DNA of 64,000 nucleotides from Rebecca billardiae RCC1528 (lineage: Eukaryota; Protista; Haptophyta). The notes under the pieces were generated by a model. It was given only the letters and a program-made list of their open reading frames with translations. It had not been told where the DNA came from and searched no databases. The stretch covers positions 1,984,001 through 2,048,000 of the forward strand of contig OZ251233.1 in assembly GCA_965240325.2 (NCBI GenBank). Direction: 5' to 3'. Shown here piece after piece: positions 34,430-45,034 of this stretch. Each line of letters opens with the position of its first letter. The first letter of the stretch is position 1. The translations under genes and the position numbers were made by a program.

Positions 34430-37400
34430 TCAGTGCTCGGACGCGCCGTCTGCGTATCGCTCGGGCAGCATGAGCCGCAGGTCGGCCTCGTCCACCATCG
34501 AGACAGCGCGGTCGAGCAGCCCCGCCGAGGCCATCGACGCCCCGTGCGTGCCAGTGAGCACCTGCGCTTGCCAGGCCTCAGTGGGAGCCGGCCGGCTTGC
34601 GCAGGCAGCGCCGTTGGCGACGAGCGCCAGCGGCGGCGGCGGCGGCGGCGGCGAGGTCAGCTTCCCCCCGGCCTGCGCGAGCGCACCGTCCGGCGCGCCG
34701 GGCGCCGAGGCCGCTGCGCCCGTGCGTGGCTCCGCACCCGCCGCGTGCTGGCGCGCTCCCGGCCCCTGGCCGGCCAAAGCGCCAGTGGGCGCCGCGCGCC
34801 GCGGGGCGGGAGCGCGCGGCGGCGCAGCTCGACGGGTCAGGCCTGCGCTGGCAGTGCGGAGGGCGGCGGGCGGCGGCGCCGGCGGCCGCGCGGGGGCGGG
34901 CTGGGCGGAGGCCGTGCCCACAGCAAAGCACGGCCCGGCGCTGAAGGACTGCAGCAGCGGCGCTGGGCCAGCCAATGAGAGCCCCGAGTGGGCCAGCCCC
35001 CGCCCGCAGCCCGTGGCGCCGCCGCCTGCGCCCGCAGCCAGCGGCACGCAGCAGAAGCCGGCGGCGTGCGGCATGGCGTGCGACGCGGGCGGCGGGCGGT
35101 GGTGGCCCGCCCCGACCGGCGCGCCCGCCGGCGTGCAGCGCGCGTCGGCGGGCGTGAAGACGATGGCGGCGGGCGTGAGCGGCGGCGGCGCGCCAAGCAC
35201 GGCGCGCGGCGAGTGCGCGCCGCCCGCCACCGCTAGCCCGCCCCCTCCGCTGCCGCTGCTGGCTGCGGGCTGAGGGCTTGGGCGCAGGTCGGAGCCGGCG
35301 AGCGCCCGGTCGATCAGCCAGCGCGCCTCGCCCGACGCAGCGGCGCGCACACTCGCAGCGCGCGCCGCCGCAGCCGTCGAGCGCTTGACGGGCGGCTGCG
35401 CCGGCCCGTCCGCGGCCGCCTCCGCCGCCTCCGCCGCGGCTGCGGCGGCTGCGCTCCTGTCTGTCGGCGCGGCCGCGCGGGCTGGGCCCGATGGCGGCGA
35501 CGCGCCGGCGCCGTCCTGGCCGGCGGCGTGCGGCGCGGGCGCGCCCGCGCATGCGGCTGGTTGCACCTCAGACGAGAGCTCAGACGAGAGGGGTGTCTCC
35601 GTCGGCCGCCGGCCGCGCGCGCCCGGCGCGGCCGCCCTCCGCTCTCGCAGCGCGCGCGCGGCGGCTGAGCCGCGCGCGCCGGCCGCGGCGCGCGCCGCCG
35701 CCGCGCCTCTCGGCTGCCGGCCGCGCGTGCCGTGCGCCGCCGCAGCCGCCGCGGCCGCGTCTGCGCGCGCTCGCTGCGTCGCCGCAAGCCGCTCGCTCAC
35801 GCGGTGCGCCGCCGTCGCAAGCCACGAGAGGCGCACCTGCGCGAGCGCCGACGCGGCGGGGGCGCGCGGGCGCATGAGGCACGGGCGTGGGCGCGCAGCA
35901 CACTCCTCGGCGCGCGCCGCGCGCGCTGGCTCTGCGCACGCGCGCCGACGCTGGGGTGCGCCGACGCGCCGGGCACCGCTCGCTTCACTGCGCTGCGCTG
36001 CGCTTCGCTGCGCTTCGCTGCGCTTCGCTGCGCTTCGCTGCGCTGCGCTGCGCTGCGCTGCGCTGCGCTGCGCTGCGCTGCGCTGCGCTTCGCTGCGCTG
36101 CGCTGCGCTGCGCTGCGCTGCGCTGCGGGCGCTGCGGGCGGCGCGCACCGCTCCGCGCACTGCGCGCGCGGGCGTACCAAAAACTCGAGCACGGGCGGCG
36201 AGGCCTCGACGCGCGCGTGCGTGTACAGCACCAGCACGCCCACGAGCGACTGGTCGTCGCGCAGGAGCGGCAGCGCGATCGCCGTCTGAATCGGCGGCGG
36301 CGCGCACAGCCGCTCCTGGCCCGCCTCGCCCGCCTCCGCGCCCGCCTCCGCCTCGGCCGCGCTGCCAGCTGTACACTTGTCGCAGCCGGCGCGCGCCACG
36401 CCGCCGTCAGGCGCGCCCGCGGCGGCATCAGCCGCAGCCGCATCAGCGCCGGCTTCGGCCCCCACCAGCCCCGGCGGCCGCGCGGGCTGCAGCTCGACCA
36501 GCCCCGCCTCCGTCTGCGCGTGCGCCCACACCATCCGCCGCTCCCGCAGCACGCGGTGACAGAGCGCCGCCGAGGGCGACGCGCACGTGCAGCCGGGGCG
36601 CACCCAGCACGCGGCGGCGGTGGCGCCCGCGGCGGCGAGCGTGGTGGTGCCCGGCGGCGCGGGCGCGGGGCCGAGGGCCGCGGGCTCGAGCGCGTACGCG
36701 CTCGCCATCGCCTCCGTGCAGCACAGCCGCACCAGCGTCGGCACCCTCGCCACCTCCGCGGCGCTGCGCTCGCGCATGGACTGAAGCCGCCTCTGCAACA
36801 CCTCGGCAGTTGACTCTGCGCCCGCCTCGGCGGCGGGCGGCGTGGGGGCGGGGCCGAGGCGCGAGGCGCTGGGCGCGGCGTGCGGCGACGCCGCCGTCTC
36901 CGACGCAGGCGCCCACGCCACCGCGCCCGAGCGCTCAACCTCGGCTGCGCCGCTGTCGAGCGCGCTCGGCGCGCCGTCCGCGCTCGCGGGCGCGCCGGGT
37001 CGGCCGTCACTCGACGCGGCCGTGCCGCTGCCGCCGGCCTGCTCGCTCGGCTTGTGCGCGAGCGAGAAGGACCAGACCTCGCCGACGCACGCGCCGACGC
37101 CGTGCGCGGCGACCTTGAGCGCCGCCGCGAACGCCTCGCCGCACGCCTCCTGCACGCCCGCGAACAGCCTGGGCGCGCGCACGTGCGCCGCCTCCGCAGC
37201 CGCCGCCTCGGGCCGGCGGTGCGCGGCAAAGCGCAGGCTGTGCGCGCACGGCCGCGCGGCGACGGCGCAGCCCGCGATCGAGGCGGCGAGCTCGAGGAGC
37301 TGCTTGACGTGGAGGTCCTCCGACACCCGCTCGAGCGCGTAGAACACCATCGCGCCCGCCGCCGGACCGCTGCCCGCCGCCGAGGGCACGGGGACGGCGA

Positions 37401-38363
37401 TGGCGGTGTGCGCGCCCACGCCGCCCGCTGGGAGCAGCGCAGGCCCGGCCGGCGGCGCGGCGCACCACGCGACGCCGCGCGAGCGGAGGACGGCGCCGAC
37501 GAGCTGCGTGCTGAAGGGGTGCGATGCGCCGGAGCCCTCGCCCACCGCGATCACGAGCCGCGCGTCCGCCGCGACGGACGACGCGACGAACACGTGCTCA
37601 CACACCAAACCACTCGGCGCGTCTGCCGCGGCCGCCGTGTCGCGCGCGGGCGCGGCCGTGCCTGCGGCGGCGGCCGTGCCGGCGGCGGCGTCGGCTGGCT
37701 GCACGCGCCACATCTCGGCGATCGCGAAGCCCGCGAGCCCGCATACGAGCTCGAGCAGCTCCGTCACCGTCTGCGTCAGACCGGAGCAGGGCGCGGCGAC
37801 GCTCAAGTCGCCGTCATGCCTGCGGCTGAGCTGCGCGCACGTACGGCCGCCGTCGGGCGTGTCGGGTACGTCGCGCTGGCGCTGGCGCCGGTTCTGGAAC
37901 CTGCGCGCGCGGCAGGCGGGTAGCGCGCGCGCGCGCCGCGAGCCCCGCGTCCGCATGTCAGCCTCCGTCGCGCCAGTGCCGCCGCGCGGCTCCGGGCGGC
38001 CGCCGCGCAGTGGTGCGCCGCGGCTGGCGCACCAGATTTGTATCTGGCGGCGGGAGAGCTGGAGCGTCTCGGCAAGGCGGGCTCGCGTGGCGGCGTCCGG
38101 AAGGGGCTCAATGTCGAATGTCGCCTCGAGCGTGCTGCCACGCAGAGGGGGCGCGGGAGGCAAGGGGCGTGAGTTTGCGCGCGCGCGCGTGCGCGCATCG
38201 CCCTCGGCCGCGGAGAGCACGGCCGAGCGCCGCGCATGCACCTGCGCTGGATGGCGGTGAGCTGCAGGCGTGCGCCGGCAGCCTTTGCGCCGTCATCCGT
38301 TGGCTCTGCCGACGAGGCCTCGGCGATGGATGCCTCTTGCAGCGCGCGCTTCTTGCGCGCCAT
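34430..38363 (-). CDS. Homeodomain transcription factor with two GAF-like domains (~1117 aa, 4 exons)
   Basis: Exons 38363-38242, 38134-38033, 37900-36178, 35836-34430. Splicing rebuilds RLQLTAIQRSTLEATFDIEPLPDAATRARLAETLQLSRRQIQIWFQNRRQR. Two 'AE.W ... L...V......W ... TAIA.P....G..V.Y' GAF-like segments follow. Confidence 0.85.
35988..36127. repeat. (CGCTG/CGCTT)n pentamer microsatellite in intron 3 of the homeobox gene
   Basis: About 28 tandem pentamers seen directly. Confidence 0.95.
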
Positions 38364-38579
38364 GGCGGGCTACGCCGGCGAGTTGCGCCGAGGACGAGGG
38401 GTGCGGGTGGTCCAGCGAGCTTGATACCTATCTAATCGACGTGACGGCACCGTTTGGCCGCAATGTTCCTAAGTGGCCATGGAAACGTCCCGACCGGGTT
38501 TTGTAACGATACAGTTTACTACTAAGAATAAGAGACGCACACAGCTCCTAAGGCAGGCGAGATTGACGCCCGCTAGCAT

Positions 38580-39212
38580 TTACGAGCCAATGGCGCTCTG
38601 GAACTGCGCGATCATCTTCATCACCTCGGCGTCGCCCGCGTACTTGGCGAACGCCACGGGCCCGTTCTCCATCACGTCCTTGAGCACGTCCTGCATGCGC
38701 GGGTTCTTGAGGATGGCCATCAGCTCGGGGTTGGACGCGAGCTTCTTGACGGCCTCGGGCGAGAGCCCTCCCGGGAGCGAATCCATCTCGTCCGCGGCCA
38801 CCTCGAACGGGTCGACCGCCTCGTCCGCGTCGGCTGCATCCTCCCCCGAGGTTGCGAACGTGCGCTCGAGCGACTCGGCGTTGAACTTGTCGACGAGCGA
38901 TGGGTCGGCCTCGCCCTGCTCGCGAGCGAGTGTCAGCCGACGGACGAGCTCGTCCTTCTCGAAGCAGCCCGAGTAGTCCACCCCGCGCAGCTCGAGCTCC
39001 GCCTTGATGTCTGCCACGCCCATCGCCTTGACGCGCTCGTACTCGCTGCCGAGCGACGCGTCCGACGCGACGAGCCGCGAGGCGACCGCCCGGCGGCAGA
39101 CGCGCTTCGACGGGCTGAGGACGCGTGAGCGTGTCAGAAGGTATGCGTGCGCGGTCGTGCAGCCCAGCGCCAGACCAACCACGAGCAAGACCGCTCGCCG
39201 CGCGCGCATCAT
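38580..39212 (-). CDS. Probably plastid-targeted co-chaperone-like protein: helical (SAP/ARMET-like) 'IKAELELRGVDYSGCFEKDELV' module + C-terminal STI1/HOP-DP domain
   Basis: Signal peptide MMRARRAVLLVVGLALGCTTAHA followed by Y/L and an Arg/Ser-rich transit-like region. STI1-like LASNPELMAILKNPRMQDVLKDVMENGP.AFAKY..D.EV. 210 aa. Confidence 0.75.
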   Translation of the reverse strand: MMRARRAVLLVVGLALGCTTAHAYLLTRSRVLSPSKRVCRRAVASRLVASDASLGSEYERVKAMGVADIKAELELRGVDYSGCFEKDELVRRLTLAREQGEADPSLVDKFNAESLERTFATSGEDAADADEAVDPFEVAADEMDSLPGGLSPEAVKKLASNPELMAILKNPRMQDVLKDVMENGPVAFAKYAGDAEVMKMIAQFQSAIGS

Positions 39213-39362
39213 GGCGGCCACGTCGAGGAGCCGGCACTTGATGCGAGCACTGCACAGGGCCGCGTCTCGACGCACACGATGGCGCCCAATTTGCCGCGCC
39301 CCGCCTCGGTCGGAGTTTCCTGTCTGGGCGTGAGCGACCGAGATCGCCGCCAGCGCCGAAAA

Positions 39363-40337
39363 ATGCCGACGACCGCGATGCGGCTCGGCGTGCTCTGCGT
39401 CGCCGTGGCGGCCGTGGCGCACGCCGGTGCAGCTGACGCGGCGGTGCGCACACGCCCGGCGTCGGTGCTTACGCGCTCTGCGTCGCATGGTCGCCGACCA
39501 CTGCATGCCTCCGCCCGCCCGCCGCCTCGGCTGATCGCCCTGCGCGGCGGCGGAGGGTCAGCCGGCGGCCCGCTGTCGGCGCTGCGCGAGATGGCACGGC
39601 AGCTCGCGAGCACAGTCGACCAGCTCCCGTCGCGCGCGCGCGCGCTCGTCATCTTCGCTGCCGGCATCACGGCGGGCCTCCTGATGGGCGTGATGGTCGA
39701 GTCCCTCGAGATCTTCCAAACGGTCGACGACATCCCGGGCGGCTACTTCCGCGCGCACCGCAGCGTGCACGGCCGGGTCGTGAGCGTCACGGACGGCGAC
39801 ACGATGCGCGTCCTGCACACGCCGCCCCTGTCGGGCGTGCGCCGAGCCATCACCAGCTCGCTCACCCAGCCCGCCGAAGGCAGCGGCCGCAAGCGCGCGC
39901 GCGCGCCGAAGCTGTCGGAGACCACGATGCAGGTGCGCCTCGCCGCTGTGGACACGCCTGAGGTGGGTAAGTTTGGCAAGCCGTCGCAGGCGTTCGCGGA
40001 GGAGGCCCGCGAGTTCGCGCAGCAGCGCGTGATGGGGCGCACGGTCGACGTGCGCCTGCTCTCGCGCGACCAGTACGGCCGCGCGGTCGCCAGCGTGCGC
40101 TACCCCGTGCTGCCGCCGCTGCCCTTCCCCAAGCTCGACCTGAGCGAGGCGCTGGTCGACGCGGGCCTCGGCGTGGTCTACCGGCAGGGCGGCGCGCAGT
40201 ACGACAGCCCGGAGGGCGTCGCGAAGTGGGACCGGCTCGAGGCCCGAGCCAAGGCGCGACAGCGCGGGCTGTGGGCGGGCAAGAAGGTCGAATTGCCATC
40301 GGCGTACAAGGCGCGCATGCGCGCCGCAAAAGGGTGA
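39363..40337 (+). CDS. Staphylococcal nuclease (TNase/SNase, LCL3-like) with signal peptide, LRGG motif and one TM anchor
   Basis: Catalytic motifs are intact: VTDGDT, VRLAAVDTPE, QAFAEEA, DQYGR, LVDAGLG, LEARAK..RGLW. TM segment LVIFAAGITAGLLMGVMV. 324 aa. Confidence 0.9.
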   Translation: MPTTAMRLGVLCVAVAAVAHAGAADAAVRTRPASVLTRSASHGRRPLHASARPPPRLIALRGGGGSAGGPLSALREMARQLASTVDQLPSRARALVIFAAGITAGLLMGVMVESLEIFQTVDDIPGGYFRAHRSVHGRVVSVTDGDTMRVLHTPPLSGVRRAITSSLTQPAEGSGRKRARAPKLSETTMQVRLAAVDTPEVGKFGKPSQAFAEEAREFAQQRVMGRTVDVRLLSRDQYGRAVASVRYPVLPPLPFPKLDLSEALVDAGLGVVYRQGGAQYDSPEGVAKWDRLEARAKARQRGLWAGKKVELPSAYKARMRAAKG

Positions 40338-40919
40338 GTGGACAGAGTGGGGGATGCACCACGCCTGAGGCCGCAAGGCGCACCTCCGCGTGACAACAGC
40401 GGGCCATTCGCCGCTCGGCGTGCATCCATCGTCGAGGAGGACAAGTCCAAGGAAGTGCGCGTGGCGTTGGTACCTTCCTTCCGTGGACGCCAATCATCAT
40501 GATGGCGGTCGCAGACTCAACGACGCCGTCGCCACGGTCCTGCTCCGCCAGTGCCTGCATCGATCGAATTCGAAGCGCCGCGGGCCGCGCGAAGACTGGC
40601 CGCCCGGCCTGCCGCGTGAGGCGCGTGACTGAGCGTCCGGCGGCGCCGGCAGCGTCTGCGAGTCACGGACTCGTGACTCATCCCGATTCAGGTTCAGTAG
40701 TATAATAACAGTATCGCGCCATGCGGGCGGCTGCTGCTCGGCCGGGCCCGAATATATCGCGCCCAAATCATCGTCTGTGCCACAGCGGTCTGCCTGAAGA
40801 GTGCCTAGCCGCCGCCGACTCGCCGGCGGACCGTCACCGACAGGCGGTCACCGTTTCGGCGCGGAGCTCGTGGTATGAGCTGATTTTCCGGGGGCGGATA
40901 GTCGGAGTACATGAGCGAT

Positions 40920-41433
40920 TCAGCTGCTGAAGAAGCCACCTGTCGGCGTCCGCTTGGACAGCCCCGTCGGGTGCGGGTCGCGGTAGGGCAGAACGCTGTA
41001 CCCAGTCGTGTCCCACGGCCGCTTTGCGTTGTACTTCTCCTCGGCGTCGAGGTCGCGAATGCGCTGGATGTGCACCTTGTGCGTCCTGATCTCGTCCTCG
41101 AGCTGGGCGATATTGTCCTCCTTATCCTTGATGGTCGTCAGCAAGGAGATCTGTTTGTTCATGTAGAAGTCAGTGCGGTCCACCGGACGCTCCTGCTCGG
41201 CGATCCCCAGTTGGACCGCCTGCTTCTTGAGCGTCTGCTGGCGCTTCAGCTCAGACTCCTGCAATCATCGCGCGGGGCATGGGGCGGGAGGATGGTGAAC
41301 GTCGGGCAGTGCGCAAGCCGACTCAGCGAGTATGATTCAGGCCAGCGGATGGTCGGCTGGACGACCTTTCGCAGCGTGGGCGCTCCGGCGCGGAGCGCAC
41401 CCAATCCGTCAGCAGCCCCTCCTCCGAAGCCAT
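40920..41433 (-). CDS. Small coiled-coil hypothetical protein (123 aa, 2 exons)
   Basis: Exons 41433-41401 and 41258-40920, intron GTGCGC...GCAG (142 nt). Coding-like composition (KDKEDNIAQLEDEIRTHK), ending ...TPTGGFFSS. Confidence 0.6.
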
Positions 41434-41734
41434 GCTGAAAGCTGTTGCGGCCGCGAGGCTGGTGTCACGACGGCGCGATCGCGATGAAACGACGGACTTG
41501 CCAAGTTCCAAGGTTGTAACGAACTGTCGGGGCTTTTTCCCCACGGCGCGCCAATAAAAAACATTTACTGCGGATCAACGTGCCGCGAAACGGGGGCACG
41601 AGCCCGCGCAAGATCGCGATCTCGCAGCAGCACGTGATTGTGGTAGCTGCGGCGGGCTTCGGCGTACGTCAACGACGTGGGCTCGCTCCTTCCAGCCGCT
41701 CATTCATCCGTCGCGTGTCCGCACACTCTCAACG

Positions 41735-42240
41735 ATGAGGTCGTTCTCCATTCTCGCGGGCCTCAGCGTGGCGATGCGCCAGCCGCCGAGCGTGTTCACG
41801 CGCGTGAGCGTCACGCGTCCGCTGGGCATGAGCGCGTCGCGCATCGCCATGTCGGACACGGGCGGTGACTCCGCGGCTGCCGAGGCGCGGAAAGTGGGCG
41901 AGGTCAAGTGGTTCAACACGCAGAAGGGCTTCGGCTTCATCACGCCCGACGATGGTTCTGCCGACGTCTTCGTGCACCAGACCGCGATCTACGCGCCCGG
42001 CTTCCGCAGCCTGGCCGAGGGGGAGAAGGTCGAATACGAGGTGCGGTCCTTATGCGCCGCTCGGCGTTGGCGTGAACGCGCTGCTCACGCATGCCTTGCC
42101 CCCGCGCGCGTCGCATCGGGCCCGCGCAGGTTGAGACGAGCGACGACGGTCGCATCCGTGCGCTTTCCGTCACTGGCCCGAACGGGGATTACGTGAAGGG
42201 GGCACCGCGTGACCCGTTCTTCAATGACGACGAGCGCTAG
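41735..42240 (+). CDS. Cold-shock-domain protein with an organelle-targeting-like leader (138 aa, 2 exons)
   Basis: [31 protein letters not shown]...[14 protein letters not shown]|[19 protein letters not shown]. Intron 42041-42129. Confidence 0.93.
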
Positions 42241-43493
42241 AGCTCGTACGAGCCCGCACTCGTGTTTCTGCCGGCACAGATCCCGACGTTCGCTCGGCTT
42301 GCTCACTCCGCTCGAATGGGGGTGCACGCCACCCGCGGCACCCACAGGCGCGTGGAGTCGACCCGGCCACTGCGGTGGCCGGTCAACTCGACAGCGTCAG
42401 CCAGGCAGTCCAAGTCCCGGCCGACATTGCCCGGGCCCCGGCTGAGCTCGGCCGACACGTCCGTGTGAACACGTGCCGGTTCACACGTGCCGGTCTCGGG
42501 ACTGCGTCTCACTCTGCCTCCGACTCTCCGTGCTCAGTCAGCGTCAGCCAGGTGGCGGCACGCGTTCTGTTGCCTCTCGTGCTTTCGCGGACCCGCGTTT
42601 GAATTTTATTAGAGTAAAAATGCCAACAATTGCTTATTCGTATTATAATTATAATAATAAAAATAGATTTTTAATCTGATCATGTCATTGAAGGTACTCC
42701 AATAAGTAATATCCGGAATCGCTGCTCAGTCCTTGACGACACAAGCATGCTCACCCGTCTTTGACTTGGTACCCGGCCATGCACTTCCTGGCGGGCCGCT
42801 GTGTCTGTGAAGTTGTCGCCGACGCCATGAGACGACGTCGTGACGACGACTTATAATTAAACTCATCCGAACAACATATCTCAACATCAACCCCAGCGCG
42901 CGGGGTGGCGACTGCACCATGACCAGCACAGCCACCACGATCTTACTGAGGAGCTAGACAGACAGTATAGTACGTGACTGTAACCGCGTCGTAGTTACAC
43001 GGTCTAATACCGAGTCTAGAGTCGCAAAAATATTTTAATATATTTTGAAAGTAGCTCAGTTTTGGGCACCGGGGTCCCGCTCGGGCGGAGGTGGGGTTGG
43101 GGCTCTGGACGCCGACACGGTAATATAGTAGTCGTGTACCCTATTGTCCGCCGTCTAGACAGACTGCTCACTCTAGTGCAGTACCGTTTGACACGGGCGC
43201 GGTTTGTCCGGGTTACGCGGCCCGCCGCCGCCGGCCACGGCGGCGCGCCGCGCGGCACGATACTGCGGCGCCGGCGCCCAAGGCGGAAGGCCAGCAAGAA
43301 CTATCCGCCCGAGTAAGGACACCCGCCGTTCTGGCAATGTCCTCACCGTCAAGAGCTGCCCTCGCCTTGATGCGGCTTGCCACTTGGGCGTTCGAGGTCA
43401 CCGCCGATCATGGCCGACTCCCGCCATGCTCACGGACACGGTGACAATGACGGGACTGGCGTCAGAAGACGATGTATAGGCGCCTGTTAGTCA

Positions 43494-43525
<32 letters not shown>
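43494..43525. repeat. Poly-G tract (32 nt), potential G-quadruplex
   Basis: Uninterrupted G run in the 2.8-kb intergenic region. Confidence 0.9.
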
Positions 43526-43526
<1 letters not shown>

Positions 43527-44230
43527 AGAGTGTGGGTCCGACAGTGTCGACCAAGCGGAGGGTAGCTCAGTAGGCCGCGCCCTGGCGCCCCTGCGCTGCA
43601 CTGCACGTGAACACGGACGACGGGTCAAGTGCTAGAAGCTCACATTCGCGCCACTCGGCGAGCGGGCGGACACGATGAGCAGGATCGGACGGCAGCACGA
43701 AATGATCACCACACGCCTTATTATGATGCTTGAGCTCCTGCCAGGCGCACGCGCAGCTCGTGTGCTGCTCCTCGACGGGATCACGGGAAGCATCGAACCA
43801 CTCGGACCCGACCGTCTCGCGCTTCGATTCGCAGCAGCAGCTGGGCGCTGCCGCGTGTCTGTGCGCACCAACTGCACGCTGAGCTCGAGCATCCGCCATC
43901 CGACGCGGCCCGCTTCGCTCGCCTGCCCCACGGCCTCACCACTGCCCCACTGTGAGCGCGCCTGTGGCAGTCTTCGCGCTGCTACGGCCGTATGGAGTGC
44001 GCGCGTGCGCGCGTGATCGTGGCGTCCTGACGGCTGCACGAGTGGCTTGACAGCCTGCACAGTCGCCGATGCACGCCTACCACGTGCCCAGCCAGCACCC
44101 TCGGCTCGGCCGCGCGGCAGCGCGGCACAAACTGCATCAGAGCGATTGGCTGGCTGACGATTGAAGACGGGTCGCTCGCAGAGTCGACTTTTTGGACGGC
44201 TGCGGCTGCTGAGGGGCACGCCACACATGC

Positions 44231-44308
44231 CGGGCGCGGTGAGATGCACGTGCCCGACTTCCCGGGCGCGGTGAGATGCCCGCTCGGGCGCGGTGAGATG
44301 CACGTGCC
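44231..44308 (+). repeat. Three direct copies of CGGGCGCGGTGAGATGC
   Basis: Copies at 44231, 44263 and 44285. The first and third extend with ACGTGCC. Confidence 0.85.
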
Positions 44309-45034
44309 GAACGGCAGCGTTGCTCGAGCATGTGCCAGGCCCTGCCGCGCGCGCGGCGGCGCGCAGCAAATCACGCCCCGCAGCCCCGATGCATCTTGCT
44401 GACAGCCTCGGACTGCTCGATGTTCCGCGTGCGCAGCGAACGACGCGAGCCGGCGATGATGCAGGACTGGCACGACGCGGAGGCGATTGGGCGCGCGTTC
44501 GACGAGGCCAGACGCGTGCGCCGCTTCTTCTGCTTCGTGGGCACGCGCGCACTGCACGATAGAGTAACGCGCACTGGCAGAAGCGGTGCGACGTGTGGCA
44601 CCGGCGTGGATTCTCTGCGTCAGGCGAAGGCAGCCGCGGGCGCCAGTGCGCTCCTGACGGTGAGGGCGGGCATCGCCTGAGCGAGCGTATGATTGCCGCC
44701 CATGCCGACGTCGAATCGTCGATCGGCTCCCAATTTCGTATGTTTACTCACATGTGGCCGTCGTGATATCATTTCGGTTGGCTGATGATGAATTTGATGA
44801 GGAAGAACCGACGAAGCAGCCAAGCAGGAGCTTCCGCTTGCACTCGTCGTCGTCGTCGCTGGCGGGGTGGTTGGATACGAGCCAATCGCTGAGCCTCATT
44901 TCTAACGACTTGGGTACGTAAAAATTCTGGGCGCTATTTGCCTATATTTTCCGGTTTCTGAGCGCTCGAATCGGGCGGTTTGGACTGTTGCACCCGCACC
45001 GGCCGCCGTCGTCGCTCCCGCCCCCCACCGAGCA

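Noticed and set aside
42462-42494. Hairpin CGTGTGAAC...GTTCACACG resembling the transposon subterminal motif
   Set aside because: Only 8 bp are shared and there is no further similarity, so chance cannot be excluded.
43632-44557. 306-aa and 191-aa ORFs in the CSD-to-TRP-like intergenic region
   Set aside because: No recognisable domain and weak codon bias. The repeated peptides come from the 17-nt direct repeats.
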